Positions 48,901 through 57,835 of a stretch of 64,000 nucleotides of DNA are shown here, in pieces. This DNA is from Escherichia virus TH47, in the sequence record MT446416.1. The stretch is one strand, 5' to 3'. A program made the position numbers and the translations under genes. Under the pieces are notes generated by a model. The model made no database searches. It was given only the letters and a program-made list of their open reading frames with translations, and was not told the origin of the DNA. Every line of letters begins with the position of its first letter. Position 1 is the first letter of the stretch.

Positions 48901-50891
48901 ATTTAGCTGTATCTGGTACACTAACTGCTGGTTCAATCGACCTAAGCAATACTGATGTAACCGTTAAATCTCTTGATTCACTAGGTAACGCACACATTGC
49001 TGGTAACCTAACTGTTGATGGTGCATTCGACTTAAGTGCAACTAACCTTGTAGCTGCAAGTCTAGCAAGTACTGGTTCTACTACTGTTGGAACTGATCTA
49101 GTACTAACAACTGGTGTTGTGACTGGTAGCCCAGCTATCTCTGGTAATACAACAATCGGTGGAACTCTTGGTGTAACTGGTGCTGTTAACCTAACTGATA
49201 TTGTTAATATCGGTAAGAAAGTAACAGTGAGTACTGGTGGTATTCAGGTAGTTGATGGTGGTATCAATACTAACACAATTAACGTTTCTGGTGCTACTAC
49301 TCTAGCAGGAACTTCCATTACTGGAACTTTAGGTGTAACTGGTGCTTCTACTCTAGCAGGTGTATCTGCAACATCACTAACAGTTTCTGGTGACAGTACT
49401 GTTCAGAAACTAACTGTCCAAGGTGAATTGATCCCACAAGGTGGTCTTGACCTAAGCGGTGCAGACATTACTGCTAATAGTCTAACTACTGCAACAACTA
49501 TCAATGCAACTGGCCTAAGTACTCTAAGTGGTGGTGTTAGTACTTCTACTGTGACTGCATCTGGTCTAGCAACTGTTGGAAGTTTAACTTCTACTGCAAA
49601 CGCATCAGTTGGTGGTAATTTGGGTGTAACTGGAACTCTAGGTGTTACTGGTGCAACTACTGTATCTTCACTAACAGCTACTGGTGCAGTGAAAACTGGT
49701 ACAACCCTAACTGTTGGTACTCCAGTTGGTGAACAACCTGAAACTGTACAGATCATTCCAGATACTTATATTGCTGGTAAATTGCGTGTAATCGGCGGTA
49801 TTAACGCTGATATTGATGTTAGTGGTCAAACACTAGAACCATATGCAATTGAAGCTGCTGCAACACTATCTGCTGTTGGTAACATTACTTCTGGTGCAAC
49901 CATCGTTTCTAAAGCTGCAACAATTGGTGATGTTGGTTCACAAAACAACAACCTAACTGTTAATGGTAACGTAGTAACTAATGGTGACTTCACAGTTACT
50001 GGGGTACTAAATGCACAATTGAACCAAGCAGATTCCGATGTAGCTGTTAAATCTTTAACTGCAACTAATAACGTTGCGGCTGGTACTTCAATCACTGCTG
50101 GTACTTCCATCACTGCAACTGGATTACTTAAAGGTAATACTTTAGAAGTTACTACTACTGGTTCATTTGGTGGTGCAGTAACTATGTCAAGTGGTGCAAA
50201 CATCACTGGTACAGTGGGTATTACTGCTGGTGACCTAACAGTAGGTGGTAATATCTCTGCAACTGGCACTGCTGGATTCGGTGCAACAACCGTTTCTACA
50301 ATTACAACATCAGGTTTGGCTACACTTGCAAGTACATCCGTTACTGGTAACGCAACAGTAGGTGGAACACTAGCAGTAACAGGAGCACTAACTGCGAATG
50401 GTAACGTAACATTAGGTGACGCAGCGGCTGACGTTCTAACCGTTAATGCAACTTCATCATTTAAAGAAAATGCTGTGTTTGATAAGGCAGTAACAGTAAC
50501 TGGTGAACTAACCACTACTAATGCTAACTTAACTACTACAACAGTAACTACCAAAAAGTATGATGTAATCCCAACTCAAGTTACATCATCAGTAATTGCT
50601 CCAACCGGAACATGGACTCCAGATGGTACAAGTAACGTGTACTTCATCACTCTAGACCAAGATACCACGTTGGCTCCAATTACTGGCCTAATTGGTGGCG
50701 GTAAAGCTGCATCAGTATACATCTATGTTAAACAAGATACAACTGGTAACAGAAACTTTACAACTGATGGTACTTATGCTGTTGTTGATGGTGAACTAAA
50801 CAAAACTGCTGGTAGCGTGACCATTTACCAAGTAATTTATGATGGTGTAAGTCCAGTTACTGATTTGTTCATTGCACAACGTACTGCTTAA
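45933..50891 (+). CDS. Giant repetitive fibrous protein (1652 aa), long tail fibre or whisker-like
   Basis: GGAGGG RBS; extremely Thr/Gly/Ala/Val/Ser/Asn-rich beta-type low complexity with repeated about 35-aa modules and a 170-aa tandem duplication; followed by chaperone-like gene. Confidence 0.6.
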   Translation: MYSIKTDLDITGGATVGKDLLVKGDAVFNKNLTVNGTVTFADAVFTAIEAGTVDISSTLDVAGKASLNGGIEVHGNSVIGNLPVGSDTATINSNAQFQSPVSMAGNLTQTAGTAVLKDTQVASMDVLGTSSFKGNITAETGTTAAFDKITATDATFTNTATTDITSTGTANFKDVNISGTLGGTFSLSDVNATTLTVSGLTSLQGGVTLGSNITGVNSSANFRDIKIGSNAANTNYRLSFNYSAPSLRPTVILQNEIQSELMSPATLSVLKTASFGDSSLSTFGITGNGLNKLDYLTVSGNSVQDPTTPLLQVTSGKTKVHDFEVTGTATIPNIESTGTANFNNINVSGTLGGTFSLDDIEANTLTVSGLTSLVGGVTLGADISGANSTANFKAVSLGQNAADANVKYGFAYSAPGARPTVILQNEIQSELVSPAVLNVQKTATFGDASLATYGITGNGLNKLDYLSITGNGTQSPATPQLQVAGKSVLNDVEFTGTVTGLTVDVSGQDLTPKSVVAAEAIKGQTLESVGQTTVGTNLQVGGTANVVGALTGTAATFTGDVSAAKGTFSGDVSVTGQTVTVRDLVVTGTTTGVTAQADVDGLDIAPNKVDVTTTLSVAGDTTLAGLTASSVTSTGDVTGASVSGNTVTAAGALSGGSLAVTGAGSMASLTVPSITGDTTFANNVTITGTLTPSSIDLSTTDVSAASLTTTGNVTVGGSLAVTGAIDLSAADVVTKSVSATNPSTFGVINASSVAATGDVSGGTLTTTGAAKVGTLTSTGVVSGSRLSSGTATISTSVTVPTLQAEAAGAGTLNLASNVVAAKDLTVTGVFKPEGGLDLTTVDITANSLTTTADVNVGGNLVVDGTFDLSAADVSVKSLVSAEAITSGGVITVTDSTNTSSFPKITSTDATLFTVNAGTINATGNSVLQSVSATQVTATSAEFSGSGLGLQVDNDANVGGALSVGGIATVGSLTTTAASLNIAKNTAINGDLAVSGTLTAGSIDLSNTDVTVKSLDSLGNAHIAGNLTVDGAFDLSATNLVAASLASTGSTTVGTDLVLTTGVVTGSPAISGNTTIGGTLGVTGAVNLTDIVNIGKKVTVSTGGIQVVDGGINTNTINVSGATTLAGTSITGTLGVTGASTLAGVSATSLTVSGDSTVQKLTVQGELIPQGGLDLSGADITANSLTTATTINATGLSTLSGGVSTSTVTASGLATVGSLTSTANASVGGNLGVTGTLGVTGATTVSSLTATGAVKTGTTLTVGTPVGEQPETVQIIPDTYIAGKLRVIGGINADIDVSGQTLEPYAIEAAATLSAVGNITSGATIVSKAATIGDVGSQNNNLTVNGNVVTNGDFTVTGVLNAQLNQADSDVAVKSLTATNNVAAGTSITAGTSITATGLLKGNTLEVTTTGSFGGAVTMSSGANITGTVGITAGDLTVGGNISATGTAGFGATTVSTITTSGLATLASTSVTGNATVGGTLAVTGALTANGNVTLGDAAADVLTVNATSSFKENAVFDKAVTVTGELTTTNANLTTTTVTTKKYDVIPTQVTSSVIAPTGTWTPDGTSNVYFITLDQDTTLAPITGLIGGGKAASVYIYVKQDTTGNRNFTTDGTYAVVDGELNKTAGSVTIYQVIYDGVSPVTDLFIAQRTA
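46431..47450 (+). repeat. Tandem direct duplication (2 x about 510 bp) inside fibre gene
   Basis: Units begin at 46431 and 46941 with the same ACTGGAACTGC...TTTAA...ACACT.GG.GG.AC.TT.AGTCT...GAAGCAAACACTCTAACTGTTTCTGG pattern; protein repeats TGTANFKDVNISGTLGGTFSL... / TGTANFNNINVSGTLGGTFSL... Confidence 0.6.
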
Positions 50892-50911
50892 TAATTATAA
50901 TAAAAAAAACG

Positions 50912-50935
50912 GTGTCATCAATTATGGTGACACCA
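50912..50935 (+). terminator. Possible terminator hairpin (weak U tract)
   Basis: GGTGTCA-tcaattatgg-TGACACC stem-loop after stop at 50891; T-run weak. Confidence 0.3.
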
Positions 50936-50957
50936 TCTTAACAAGTGAGGTAGTTAT

Positions 50958-51737
50958 ATGTTTACATATGTAAAAGGTAGTTCTAAAGAAAATTATGAAT
51001 TGGGTAACATCATCTCCAACCCAGTTGGTGTTAAGGGTTTAAAAGAACGCCCTGGGGCAACTCCAGATGATGAACAAACATATCGTTATTTGTACAGTGA
51101 TATTCGTGCACTTTATGGTATTTCAAGTAAAGATGGTTCTGAAATTGAACCTAATAACGCTGTTCGCAAAGAAGAGGGTTTCTGGTGGTTGGAATATAAG
51201 AATGTTGGTAATGTGAACGCAATTAATGAGAATTTGGAATATATTAAACTACAAGATAGTAATCAACCAGTCATCACATTCTTAGAAGAAGCAGAAGGTG
51301 AATATAAAGAGTTAACAGTACTGAAAACTTATAATTATGTTGATATGGACATTGCAGCAGTTAAATCTGATCTGAAAGCACGCACAGTATCATCTCGTAG
51401 TGATCGTATTAATGCTGGTTATATGTTTAACGGTCATCGTTATAGTACTGATCTAGCTGGTCGTCAAATGCTTCTTAATTATTATACACAAGTAACTTCC
51501 GGTTCTGATAGCGTTTCGATTTTCCTTGATGACGCAATTGTAAAACTATCTGCTGCTGAAATGACTCAACTATACACTGAAGCATTTGCTATGGTTGAAT
51601 CCCTATTTGCAGAGTGTAATAAGCAATGTGCTGACATTGATGCAGTTCCTGATGCTGATGAAGATGCAATTTATAAAGCACAACAGGCGGCTGTATGGGT
51701 ATATGAAGGTATTGATATTCCTGAGCGTACTCGTTAA
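50958..51737 (+). CDS. Putative tail-fibre assembly/chaperone-like protein
   Basis: 259 aa immediately downstream of giant fibre gene; C-terminal region reminiscent of tail-fibre-assembly-like proteins; weak assignment. Confidence 0.35.
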   Translation: MFTYVKGSSKENYELGNIISNPVGVKGLKERPGATPDDEQTYRYLYSDIRALYGISSKDGSEIEPNNAVRKEEGFWWLEYKNVGNVNAINENLEYIKLQDSNQPVITFLEEAEGEYKELTVLKTYNYVDMDIAAVKSDLKARTVSSRSDRINAGYMFNGHRYSTDLAGRQMLLNYYTQVTSGSDSVSIFLDDAIVKLSAAEMTQLYTEAFAMVESLFAECNKQCADIDAVPDADEDAIYKAQQAAVWVYEGIDIPERTR

Positions 51738-51753
51738 TTTATATTTTTTTTAA

Positions 51754-51781
51754 AGGTCAACTATGGTTGGCCTTTTCTTTT
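51754..51781 (+). terminator. Rho-independent terminator
   Basis: AGGTCAAC-tatg-GTTGGCCT hairpin (one G-U pair) followed by TTTTCTTTT. Confidence 0.5.
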
Positions 51782-51788
51782 ATCTAAA

Positions 51789-51795
51789 ATAAATA
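51789..51795 (+). promoter_or_regulatory. Candidate late promoter -10 box (aATAAATA)
   Basis: ATAAATA 35 nt upstream of ATG 51830. Confidence 0.3.
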
Positions 51796-51829
51796 CTTAA
51801 TATATAATCTATTCTGAGGAAATATTTAA

Positions 51830-53794
51830 ATGAGTATAAATCGAATTAGAGGTGATGGTGGTGTAATTATAGATAGTCAGGCATTTCTAGAATTACCTAA
51901 AGCACCGACTAAAGAAACCGCTGATGTGGTTAGATCAGGGATGATTAGATACAATAAAGGATGGAAAGCATTTGAAGGTGTACTAGACTTTGAAGATGGT
52001 TCAATGGCATATCGACGTTTTGCAAACCTAGATGCGAACGGTAAACTTCTTACTTCCCAATTACCAGATTCAGTAACTAGTGGTTTACAATTTGTTGGTA
52101 CATATAATCCCATCCCAGATGATATCGATCCACCTTTAGCACAAACTCCACTACCAGCACCATCACCATCGCTTAATGGTGATTATTATGTCGTTCGTGG
52201 TATAATGGATGCCGCACAAGCACATTATGAAGCAAATAATCCACAAACAAGTCCTGTTACATTTACACCTACAAATCCAACTGGACAAGGTAATTGGATT
52301 GAAATTTTATATTATGTTGACTCTAATCCAAATATATCTGGTGCTAAACTAGTAACATACGCTTTTGCTAGAATTATTACTGCATCTATTCCCAGTACTG
52401 GACATGATGGCCTTGAAAATTTAGCAACAGATACTGACTTGACCAAACCATTTGCATCTGGTGTTCCAATGAACCAAACTGCACTTTCAGATGGCGATTG
52501 GATTATTATAACTGAAGATAAGAATATACGTCTTCGTCAGTCAAGAACAAGCATTTCCGCTGCTTCAGTATTATATGACAATACTGTAATGATTGCAAAT
52601 CATCGTCAATTTAGAACAAACGCAGGGACCGTTCAAACATCCATAGATAACGTTGTGATTGAGTGTTTACGTAGAACTGGCGATTCCATGTATAATGATG
52701 GAACAGACGGCTCTGGGCGTTTTGGGGTGGTGTATGGCAGTGCAGCAGCACCAGCATTGACATTTAATAATAATCCGTTTGACCCAACGAATAACCCAGG
52801 TAATGACCCAACTAAGTGGTCCGATGCTAATACTGGTATATTTCATCCATCCGATGACGCAATTGGGTTCAGCACTGCTGGCACAGAACGTGTTCGAATT
52901 AATAATGGAACACTAACATTATTCCAAACTACCGCTACACCAGCAGCTACGCCAGTAATACGTTTTGATAATGCATCAAACACAAACGTAGGGATAAGTG
53001 CAAGTAGTAATATTATTTCTTTAAGTTCAATGAATAAAGTTCAAGTTGAATTTAAAAATGGTGAATCACATTTTCATGGAAATATTATTGTAGATGGTTC
53101 AACATCACTAACTGGTGATTTAGACGCAGGTAACATCAATGCCAGCGGGAATTTAGTTGTTAAAGGTAATACAACACTAGGTGACACTACTGGTGACACT
53201 ATTACAGTTAATGGTGTTAGTACTTATAATGCAAATACTAATTTCAATGGAACTAATAACAAATTCAAAAACATAAACTTACTAGAGAATGGTGTATTCA
53301 CATTAGAAAGTACTACAAACCAAAGTGATATAAAACTACTTGGTGCAGACTTACGTTTCACTATGGGAAGTTATGCTGATGTAAGTATATATGATAACGG
53401 TGTTATTCGTACTCGTTTCAACCGATATGGTATTCAATTACCAGTACTGGCTACAATTGATAACTCGGTTGGTGTTGATGGTATGATTGCATACTCAAAT
53501 ACCGAACGTACATCGATGCAGAAGGTTCAAGGACAATGGGTTCCAATTGGTTCTGGTTCTGTTCGTACTGACCCGTTTGTTGCGTCAGCGTGGGTTTTAA
53601 ACGGCTCATATTACACATTAACAGTAACTGCTAGTAACATAGTAACTGCTGAAATTCAAGAACTCGTAAGTACTGGTGTTTACACTCGTGTTGAAGTTGA
53701 TAGTGTTACATTCAATGGAACAAGCGTAGTGTTCAGTATCCCTGCAACTCCTGATGTGAGATTTGCCGGACGTACACTGGTTACATTAAGATAA
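51830..53794 (+). CDS. Tail fibre protein
   Basis: 654 aa; N-terminal LELPKAPTKETADVVRSGMIRYNKGWKAFEG resembles conserved phage tail-fibre N-terminal motif; Gly/Asn/Thr-rich C-terminal region; GAGGA RBS. Confidence 0.5.
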   Translation: MSINRIRGDGGVIIDSQAFLELPKAPTKETADVVRSGMIRYNKGWKAFEGVLDFEDGSMAYRRFANLDANGKLLTSQLPDSVTSGLQFVGTYNPIPDDIDPPLAQTPLPAPSPSLNGDYYVVRGIMDAAQAHYEANNPQTSPVTFTPTNPTGQGNWIEILYYVDSNPNISGAKLVTYAFARIITASIPSTGHDGLENLATDTDLTKPFASGVPMNQTALSDGDWIIITEDKNIRLRQSRTSISAASVLYDNTVMIANHRQFRTNAGTVQTSIDNVVIECLRRTGDSMYNDGTDGSGRFGVVYGSAAAPALTFNNNPFDPTNNPGNDPTKWSDANTGIFHPSDDAIGFSTAGTERVRINNGTLTLFQTTATPAATPVIRFDNASNTNVGISASSNIISLSSMNKVQVEFKNGESHFHGNIIVDGSTSLTGDLDAGNINASGNLVVKGNTTLGDTTGDTITVNGVSTYNANTNFNGTNNKFKNINLLENGVFTLESTTNQSDIKLLGADLRFTMGSYADVSIYDNGVIRTRFNRYGIQLPVLATIDNSVGVDGMIAYSNTERTSMQKVQGQWVPIGSGSVRTDPFVASAWVLNGSYYTLTVTASNIVTAEIQELVSTGVYTRVEVDSVTFNGTSVVFSIPATPDVRFAGRTLVTLR

Positions 53795-53801
53795 TAAAAA
53801 A

Positions 53802-53826
53802 GGGAGACATAAGTCTCCCTTTTCTT
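53802..53826. terminator. Bidirectional rho-independent terminator between convergent genes
   Basis: GGGAGAC-ataa-GTCTCCC hairpin flanked by A-run and T-run. Confidence 0.65.
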
Positions 53827-54756
53827 TTATACAGCCATTGGTGCTTTGATTGTTGGCATTGGATCGTAATTAACTAATTTGAAAGAATCCATAGTGAAAT
53901 CTTCAATATCAGTAATAGTAGGATCTAACCATAATTCTGGTAATGTACGTGGTTCACGTTGGAGTTGCTCTTTTACTTGTTCAATATGGTTTTGATAGAT
54001 ATGGCAGTCGCCACCATTCCAAATAAATTCACCAACATCTAACCCAGTAATTTGTGCAATCATATGAGTTAGTAGTGAGTAACTACTAATGTTAAATGGT
54101 ACACCAAGGAATAAATCAGCACTGCGTTGATGAAGAATACAACTTAGTTTACCCTGTACAACACAAAACTGCACAAAGCTATGACAGGGTGGCAAAGTCA
54201 TAGCATCAAGCTCACCAACGTTCCATGCACTTAGAATGTGACGACGACCGTATGGATCAGTATTGATACCTTCAATAACTTGTTTTAGCTGGTCAGTTAC
54301 ACGACGCATAATAACACCATGTGAACCAGTATAATCAATAACTTTATACCCTTTATCTTTTAGTTCTTGAATTTCTTCAGTACTGGAACTGAATTTATAA
54401 TCTTCCCATTCACGCCATTGTTTACCATAAACTGGGCCAAGCTCACCATCAGAATACCCAAGGCTTACACCTTGATTAAGGTAGTTGTCTGTCCAAATTG
54501 TTTTCTTTTCTACATCACGTGTCCCGTGTAAAATTTCACACAGACGACGCTCATCGTGAGAACCTTCAATAAACCATAACAATTCTGAAGTCATTGCTTT
54601 CCAAGCCAAACGTTTAGTAGTTACTGCTGGGAAACCTTCTTTTAGGTCAAAACGCATTTGTTGTCCGATTAGCTTGATAGTGCCAACACCAGTACGATCA
54701 ACGCTTTCGACACCTTGATCCAGAATTCTTTGATATAGTTCTTGTAGTTGTTTCAT
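53827..54756 (-). CDS. thyA: Thymidylate synthase (ThyA/Td family)
   Basis: Near-collinear similarity to E. coli ThyA: DRTGVGT, GPVYGKQWR, RRHILSAWNVGELDAMTLPPCH (catalytic Cys), QFCVVQGKLSC, HQRSADLFLGVPFNISSYSLLTHMIA, KAPMAV C-terminus; one about 25-aa insertion. Confidence 0.9.
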   Translation of the reverse strand: MKQLQELYQRILDQGVESVDRTGVGTIKLIGQQMRFDLKEGFPAVTTKRLAWKAMTSELLWFIEGSHDERRLCEILHGTRDVEKKTIWTDNYLNQGVSLGYSDGELGPVYGKQWREWEDYKFSSSTEEIQELKDKGYKVIDYTGSHGVIMRRVTDQLKQVIEGINTDPYGRRHILSAWNVGELDAMTLPPCHSFVQFCVVQGKLSCILHQRSADLFLGVPFNISSYSLLTHMIAQITGLDVGEFIWNGGDCHIYQNHIEQVKEQLQREPRTLPELWLDPTITDIEDFTMDSFKLVNYDPMPTIKAPMAV

Positions 54757-55349
54757 TTTACGTCCTTGAAAAATGTAATAAAGTGTTCCATGTGTTTTTG
54801 TGTAGCATTACGTGAACCAATCCCAGTCCAGTTACCGTGTGGTGCTGGTATTGAGAATGTTTCAGTAAACTCTTTCAGTACTGTATCATAATAAAATACA
54901 GAGCGAGTGTTCATATCATAACAATATATTTCTGGATTATCAACTGAATCCATATACATCTGTACTGCCCATGCAGTTCCACCTGAAACTTGCGTAGGTG
55001 ATGTAATATTTGCAATACAATATACTCTTTTAGTATTAAGTATCTGATAACTATTTCTTGCAAGTAATTTATATACATACGAACCGGGCTTCGGAACTGT
55101 TCGGCGTAAAGAGTAACATGCAATGTTTAATTGTTTTAATATTGAACTATCACAAAGGATATTGGATGGAATTTCTAATATAGTATTTTCATCTACGCTG
55201 CTTTGGTGACCCTTGAATGAAAAATTTATTACTTCAAATCCATTGTCTTTTGCATAGATAGAAAAAAGGCGGTCAGCACCTGCTGCCCCGCCACTGAAAC
55301 ATACATTAGATAAACCATTGATTGCTTCATCTAATTCTATTTTATTCAT
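54753..55349 (-). CDS. Hypothetical Rossmann-like protein (GGAAGAD motif; SLOG/DprA-like?) co-transcribed with thyA
   Basis: 198 aa; ATGA overlap with thyA start; N-terminal VCFSGGAAGADRLF nucleotide-binding-like motif; no DHFR similarity. Confidence 0.35.
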   Translation of the reverse strand: MNKIELDEAINGLSNVCFSGGAAGADRLFSIYAKDNGFEVINFSFKGHQSSVDENTILEIPSNILCDSSILKQLNIACYSLRRTVPKPGSYVYKLLARNSYQILNTKRVYCIANITSPTQVSGGTAWAVQMYMDSVDNPEIYCYDMNTRSVFYYDTVLKEFTETFSIPAPHGNWTGIGSRNATQKHMEHFITFFKDVK

Positions 55350-55354
55350 TTATA

Positions 55355-56008
55355 TTATTTTGCTTTACGTTCTGCAAATGCCTGTTTAACTTTCTCAATT
55401 GCTTTGGTTTGTGAAATTCCTTCTGGGATTTCAATATAGAAAGTTTTGCTATCAGGTGCTACAGGTGTTGCTTGAACTTGTGGACGTAGAGATGGTTCTA
55501 AGTTGTAAGCACGTTCAAAGTGCTCTTTAGCCAACTGCTCATAACGTTGTGCATCTTTAAGTAGTTGCTCAACAATGGTAGCTTCTTCAACAGAAGTATC
55601 AACTTCTTGTGGCTTGAATGGGTTGTATTCTTTAACTTTACCATCTTCATGTTTTTTAGTATCATTATCATTGATTGCGTTGTTTAGAACATCAAGAGAA
55701 ATCTTACTGTTTCCGCCAACATGCATATCAATATCACAAGTACGTGCACGACGCAAATGTTGTAGATTATGAAGAACATCTAGCATTTTGCGACCGTCTA
55801 GATGACCAATCTTATGCATAACTTCCCACAAATCTACATTCGATTGACCTTGATTCATTACTAAATCTGCAACAGATTGAGCATATGCTTCAGGAAGTGA
55901 GTCGCGATAAACAATGAGACAATGTTCTGGATCATCAGGGAGTGAACGCCATACCACAAATACTCGTGAACCCGTATTACGTACTACACCAACGTGACGA
56001 ATAGCCAT
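55355..56008 (-). CDS. Hypothetical protein
   Basis: 217-aa ORF with strong AAGGAG RBS; no recognisable motif. Confidence 0.4.
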   Translation of the reverse strand: MAIRHVGVVRNTGSRVFVVWRSLPDDPEHCLIVYRDSLPEAYAQSVADLVMNQGQSNVDLWEVMHKIGHLDGRKMLDVLHNLQHLRRARTCDIDMHVGGNSKISLDVLNNAINDNDTKKHEDGKVKEYNPFKPQEVDTSVEEATIVEQLLKDAQRYEQLAKEHFERAYNLEPSLRPQVQATPVAPDSKTFYIEIPEGISQTKAIEKVKQAFAERKAK

Positions 56009-56010
56009 TA

Positions 56011-56241
56011 TTATTCTCCTTTATTTTGTTCAGCAGCAGCTTGTGCAGCATCAGCTTCTTCTTGTGCTTTGATATCTTCGAGTGCAGAGTTAGCAAACTC
56101 AACAAACTTAGATACGACTGGAGCAACATCAACAAGTTCTTCGACTTTAAATGAATTACGAGCAACAGCAGCTTCCATGATTTTAGCAGCGTTGATTAGG
56201 TCGATTAGGGTTAGTTGAATTTTTTCTGGTTCTTGTTCCAT
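56011..56241 (-). CDS. Small acidic hypothetical protein
   Basis: ATG 56241 with GGAGAG RBS (ORF-track N-terminal extension rejected); 76 aa, acidic C-terminus (EDIKAQEEADAAQAAAEQ). Confidence 0.4.
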   Translation of the reverse strand: MEQEPEKIQLTLIDLINAAKIMEAAVARNSFKVEELVDVAPVVSKFVEFANSALEDIKAQEEADAAQAAAEQNKGE

Positions 56242-56273
56242 TTTAATACTCTCCATGTATGTTGTTACAAATA

Positions 56274-56302
56274 TAATTATATCACCTTTTTCCAAGCTGT
56301 CC
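56274..56302 (-). promoter_or_regulatory. Candidate promoter (GGGACA-N16-TGaTATAAT) for small acidic gene
   Basis: Minus strand reads GGGACAgcttggaaaaaggtgaTATAAT about 30 nt upstream of ATG 56241; a similar GGGACA-spacer-TGcTATAAT arrangement is upstream of the sigma-factor gene (about 12190-12220). Confidence 0.3.
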
Positions 56303-56304
56303 CG

Positions 56305-56338
56305 CTGAAAAAAGTAGAGAACGGAATTTTCCGTTCTC
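56305..56338 (-). terminator. Rho-independent terminator after vWA gene
   Basis: GAGAACGG-aatttt-CCGTTCTC hairpin followed on the minus strand by TACTTTTTT. Confidence 0.6.
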
Positions 56339-56350
56339 ATTATTTAGTAC

Positions 56351-57760
56351 TTAGCTACGTTGACGCTTTTTGTCAGCTTCATATTCGTAGTGTACAGTTT
56401 CGCCAAATGGTGCTTGTTTGTTAGGATTACTGTGGATAACAAACAGTGTCTTACAGTAATCAGGATCACCCCATGACTGCCACGGCTCACCATCGGTAAA
56501 CATAATAAGCTGTTTAGGCTTATAGTTGTCATGCTTCATATGAACCCATACTGCTTCAAAGTCAGTACCACCACCACCTTTCACTGGATATTCGAGAATC
56601 TTACTCTCTTCACCAGTTTTGTAATCTTTAACAGTATAAACTTCAGTATCGAACGTCATGATACGGATTTTAAATTGTTTAAACTGCTTAGTGATACCCA
56701 GTACTTCACTGATGAAATCACGGAGCATATCTTCAGAGATAGAACCGGATGCATCTAGTGCAATTGCAATATCAATATCATCATCTGGTTTCATGCCTGG
56801 GAAGATTGGATTCCCGTAGAATGAACCAGTACTACCAAAACCAGCACCCCATGAACGACGATTAGGACTTTGATAAGTTGCGTCAGACTTCAACCAGCTA
56901 CGCAGTGTGCGGTGAAGTTTGGAACGCCAGTCAATCTTAGGTTCTTTGAAGTTGTTAATCATACGTGCGATTTCAGCAGGAGTACCACCTGCACGAGCAG
57001 CATTCATCATTGCTGTTTTGAAATCATCCATATAATCACGTTTTTGTTTATCACTTGAACCACCTTCTTGACCTTCTTGTGGAACGTCATGCTGGTCGAT
57101 TGTTGTACCTTTGCCTTTACCATCTTTGATATCACCAAAAGTACCGCGTGATTTACCTTCACCCTCACCACTACCAGCCTGTGGATTTCCTTCACCTTCC
57201 CCGTCTTGATCCTGTTTATCTTCTTCTTCGAGAATGTTATAAATCTCTTCAGCAGTCATACCATCGTACTTTTTATCGTACAGCCATTGGCTTTGGATTT
57301 TACCAATTTTATCACGAACAAGAATCTGGTTAATTGCATAGTCAGCAGCACGGTTATAACGCTGCGGGTCACGCATACCACGACGCAAGAAGTGGTCATA
57401 TGCACAGTGAAGAATCTCATGACAGATAACTGCAATCAGGTTTTCATCAGTCAAACCTTCTGTCATTTCTTTAAGTTGTTCTTCAGTTACTTCAGGATGT
57501 TTCTCACGAATTGCTTCTTCGTATGCGGACTTTTTGGATTGGTCCTGAATACCCATGATGAATTCTACGTTGTAGAATAAATGCTTACCATCTACTGCCA
57601 AAGTACGACACCATGTATTGTTTGCAACTGGACGCAGACGAGAAGCCAGTACACCAAAGAATGGGAATGTTAGCATTAAAGATGTGCGAGCTAAGATCAG
57701 ACGATCTTGACATTCTTTCTGGAGAGCCGGAGTAACATCACTGAAACGTTTATCTGACAT
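56351..57760 (-). CDS. HExxH metallopeptidase-like / von Willebrand factor A (vWA) domain protein, partner of MoxR-like ATPase
   Basis: 469 aa; N-terminal AVICHEILHCAYDH (HExxH); C-terminal vWA with MIDAS DASGS and MFTDGEP; immediately downstream of AAA+ ATPase on same strand. Confidence 0.8.
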   Translation of the reverse strand: MSDKRFSDVTPALQKECQDRLILARTSLMLTFPFFGVLASRLRPVANNTWCRTLAVDGKHLFYNVEFIMGIQDQSKKSAYEEAIREKHPEVTEEQLKEMTEGLTDENLIAVICHEILHCAYDHFLRRGMRDPQRYNRAADYAINQILVRDKIGKIQSQWLYDKKYDGMTAEEIYNILEEEDKQDQDGEGEGNPQAGSGEGEGKSRGTFGDIKDGKGKGTTIDQHDVPQEGQEGGSSDKQKRDYMDDFKTAMMNAARAGGTPAEIARMINNFKEPKIDWRSKLHRTLRSWLKSDATYQSPNRRSWGAGFGSTGSFYGNPIFPGMKPDDDIDIAIALDASGSISEDMLRDFISEVLGITKQFKQFKIRIMTFDTEVYTVKDYKTGEESKILEYPVKGGGGTDFEAVWVHMKHDNYKPKQLIMFTDGEPWQSWGDPDYCKTLFVIHSNPNKQAPFGETVHYEYEADKKRQRS

Positions 57761-57792
57761 TTGTATTTCCTCGTTTAGTTAAGATAAAAGAA

Positions 57793-57810
57793 GGATACCA
57801 TGTGGTATCC
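57793..57810 (-). other. Intercistronic stem-loop between ATPase and vWA genes
   Basis: GGATACCA-tg-TGGTATCC palindrome in the 75-nt gap, followed on minus strand by a T-rich stretch; possible attenuator or processing site. Confidence 0.4.
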
Positions 57811-57835
57811 TCCTTGTCAACACTCTTTTTAATTA

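Noticed and set aside
53827-54756. Group I intron in thymidylate synthase gene (as in T4 td)
   Set aside because: The ThyA ORF is continuous and collinear with E. coli ThyA apart from one short in-frame insertion; no interruption consistent with an intron.
55994-56424. Plus-strand ORFs 55994-56218 and 56215-56424 and minus ORF 56344-56532 around the small acidic gene
   Set aside because: Overlap better-supported minus-strand genes and terminator; low-complexity or Ser/Ala-rich translations without start signals.
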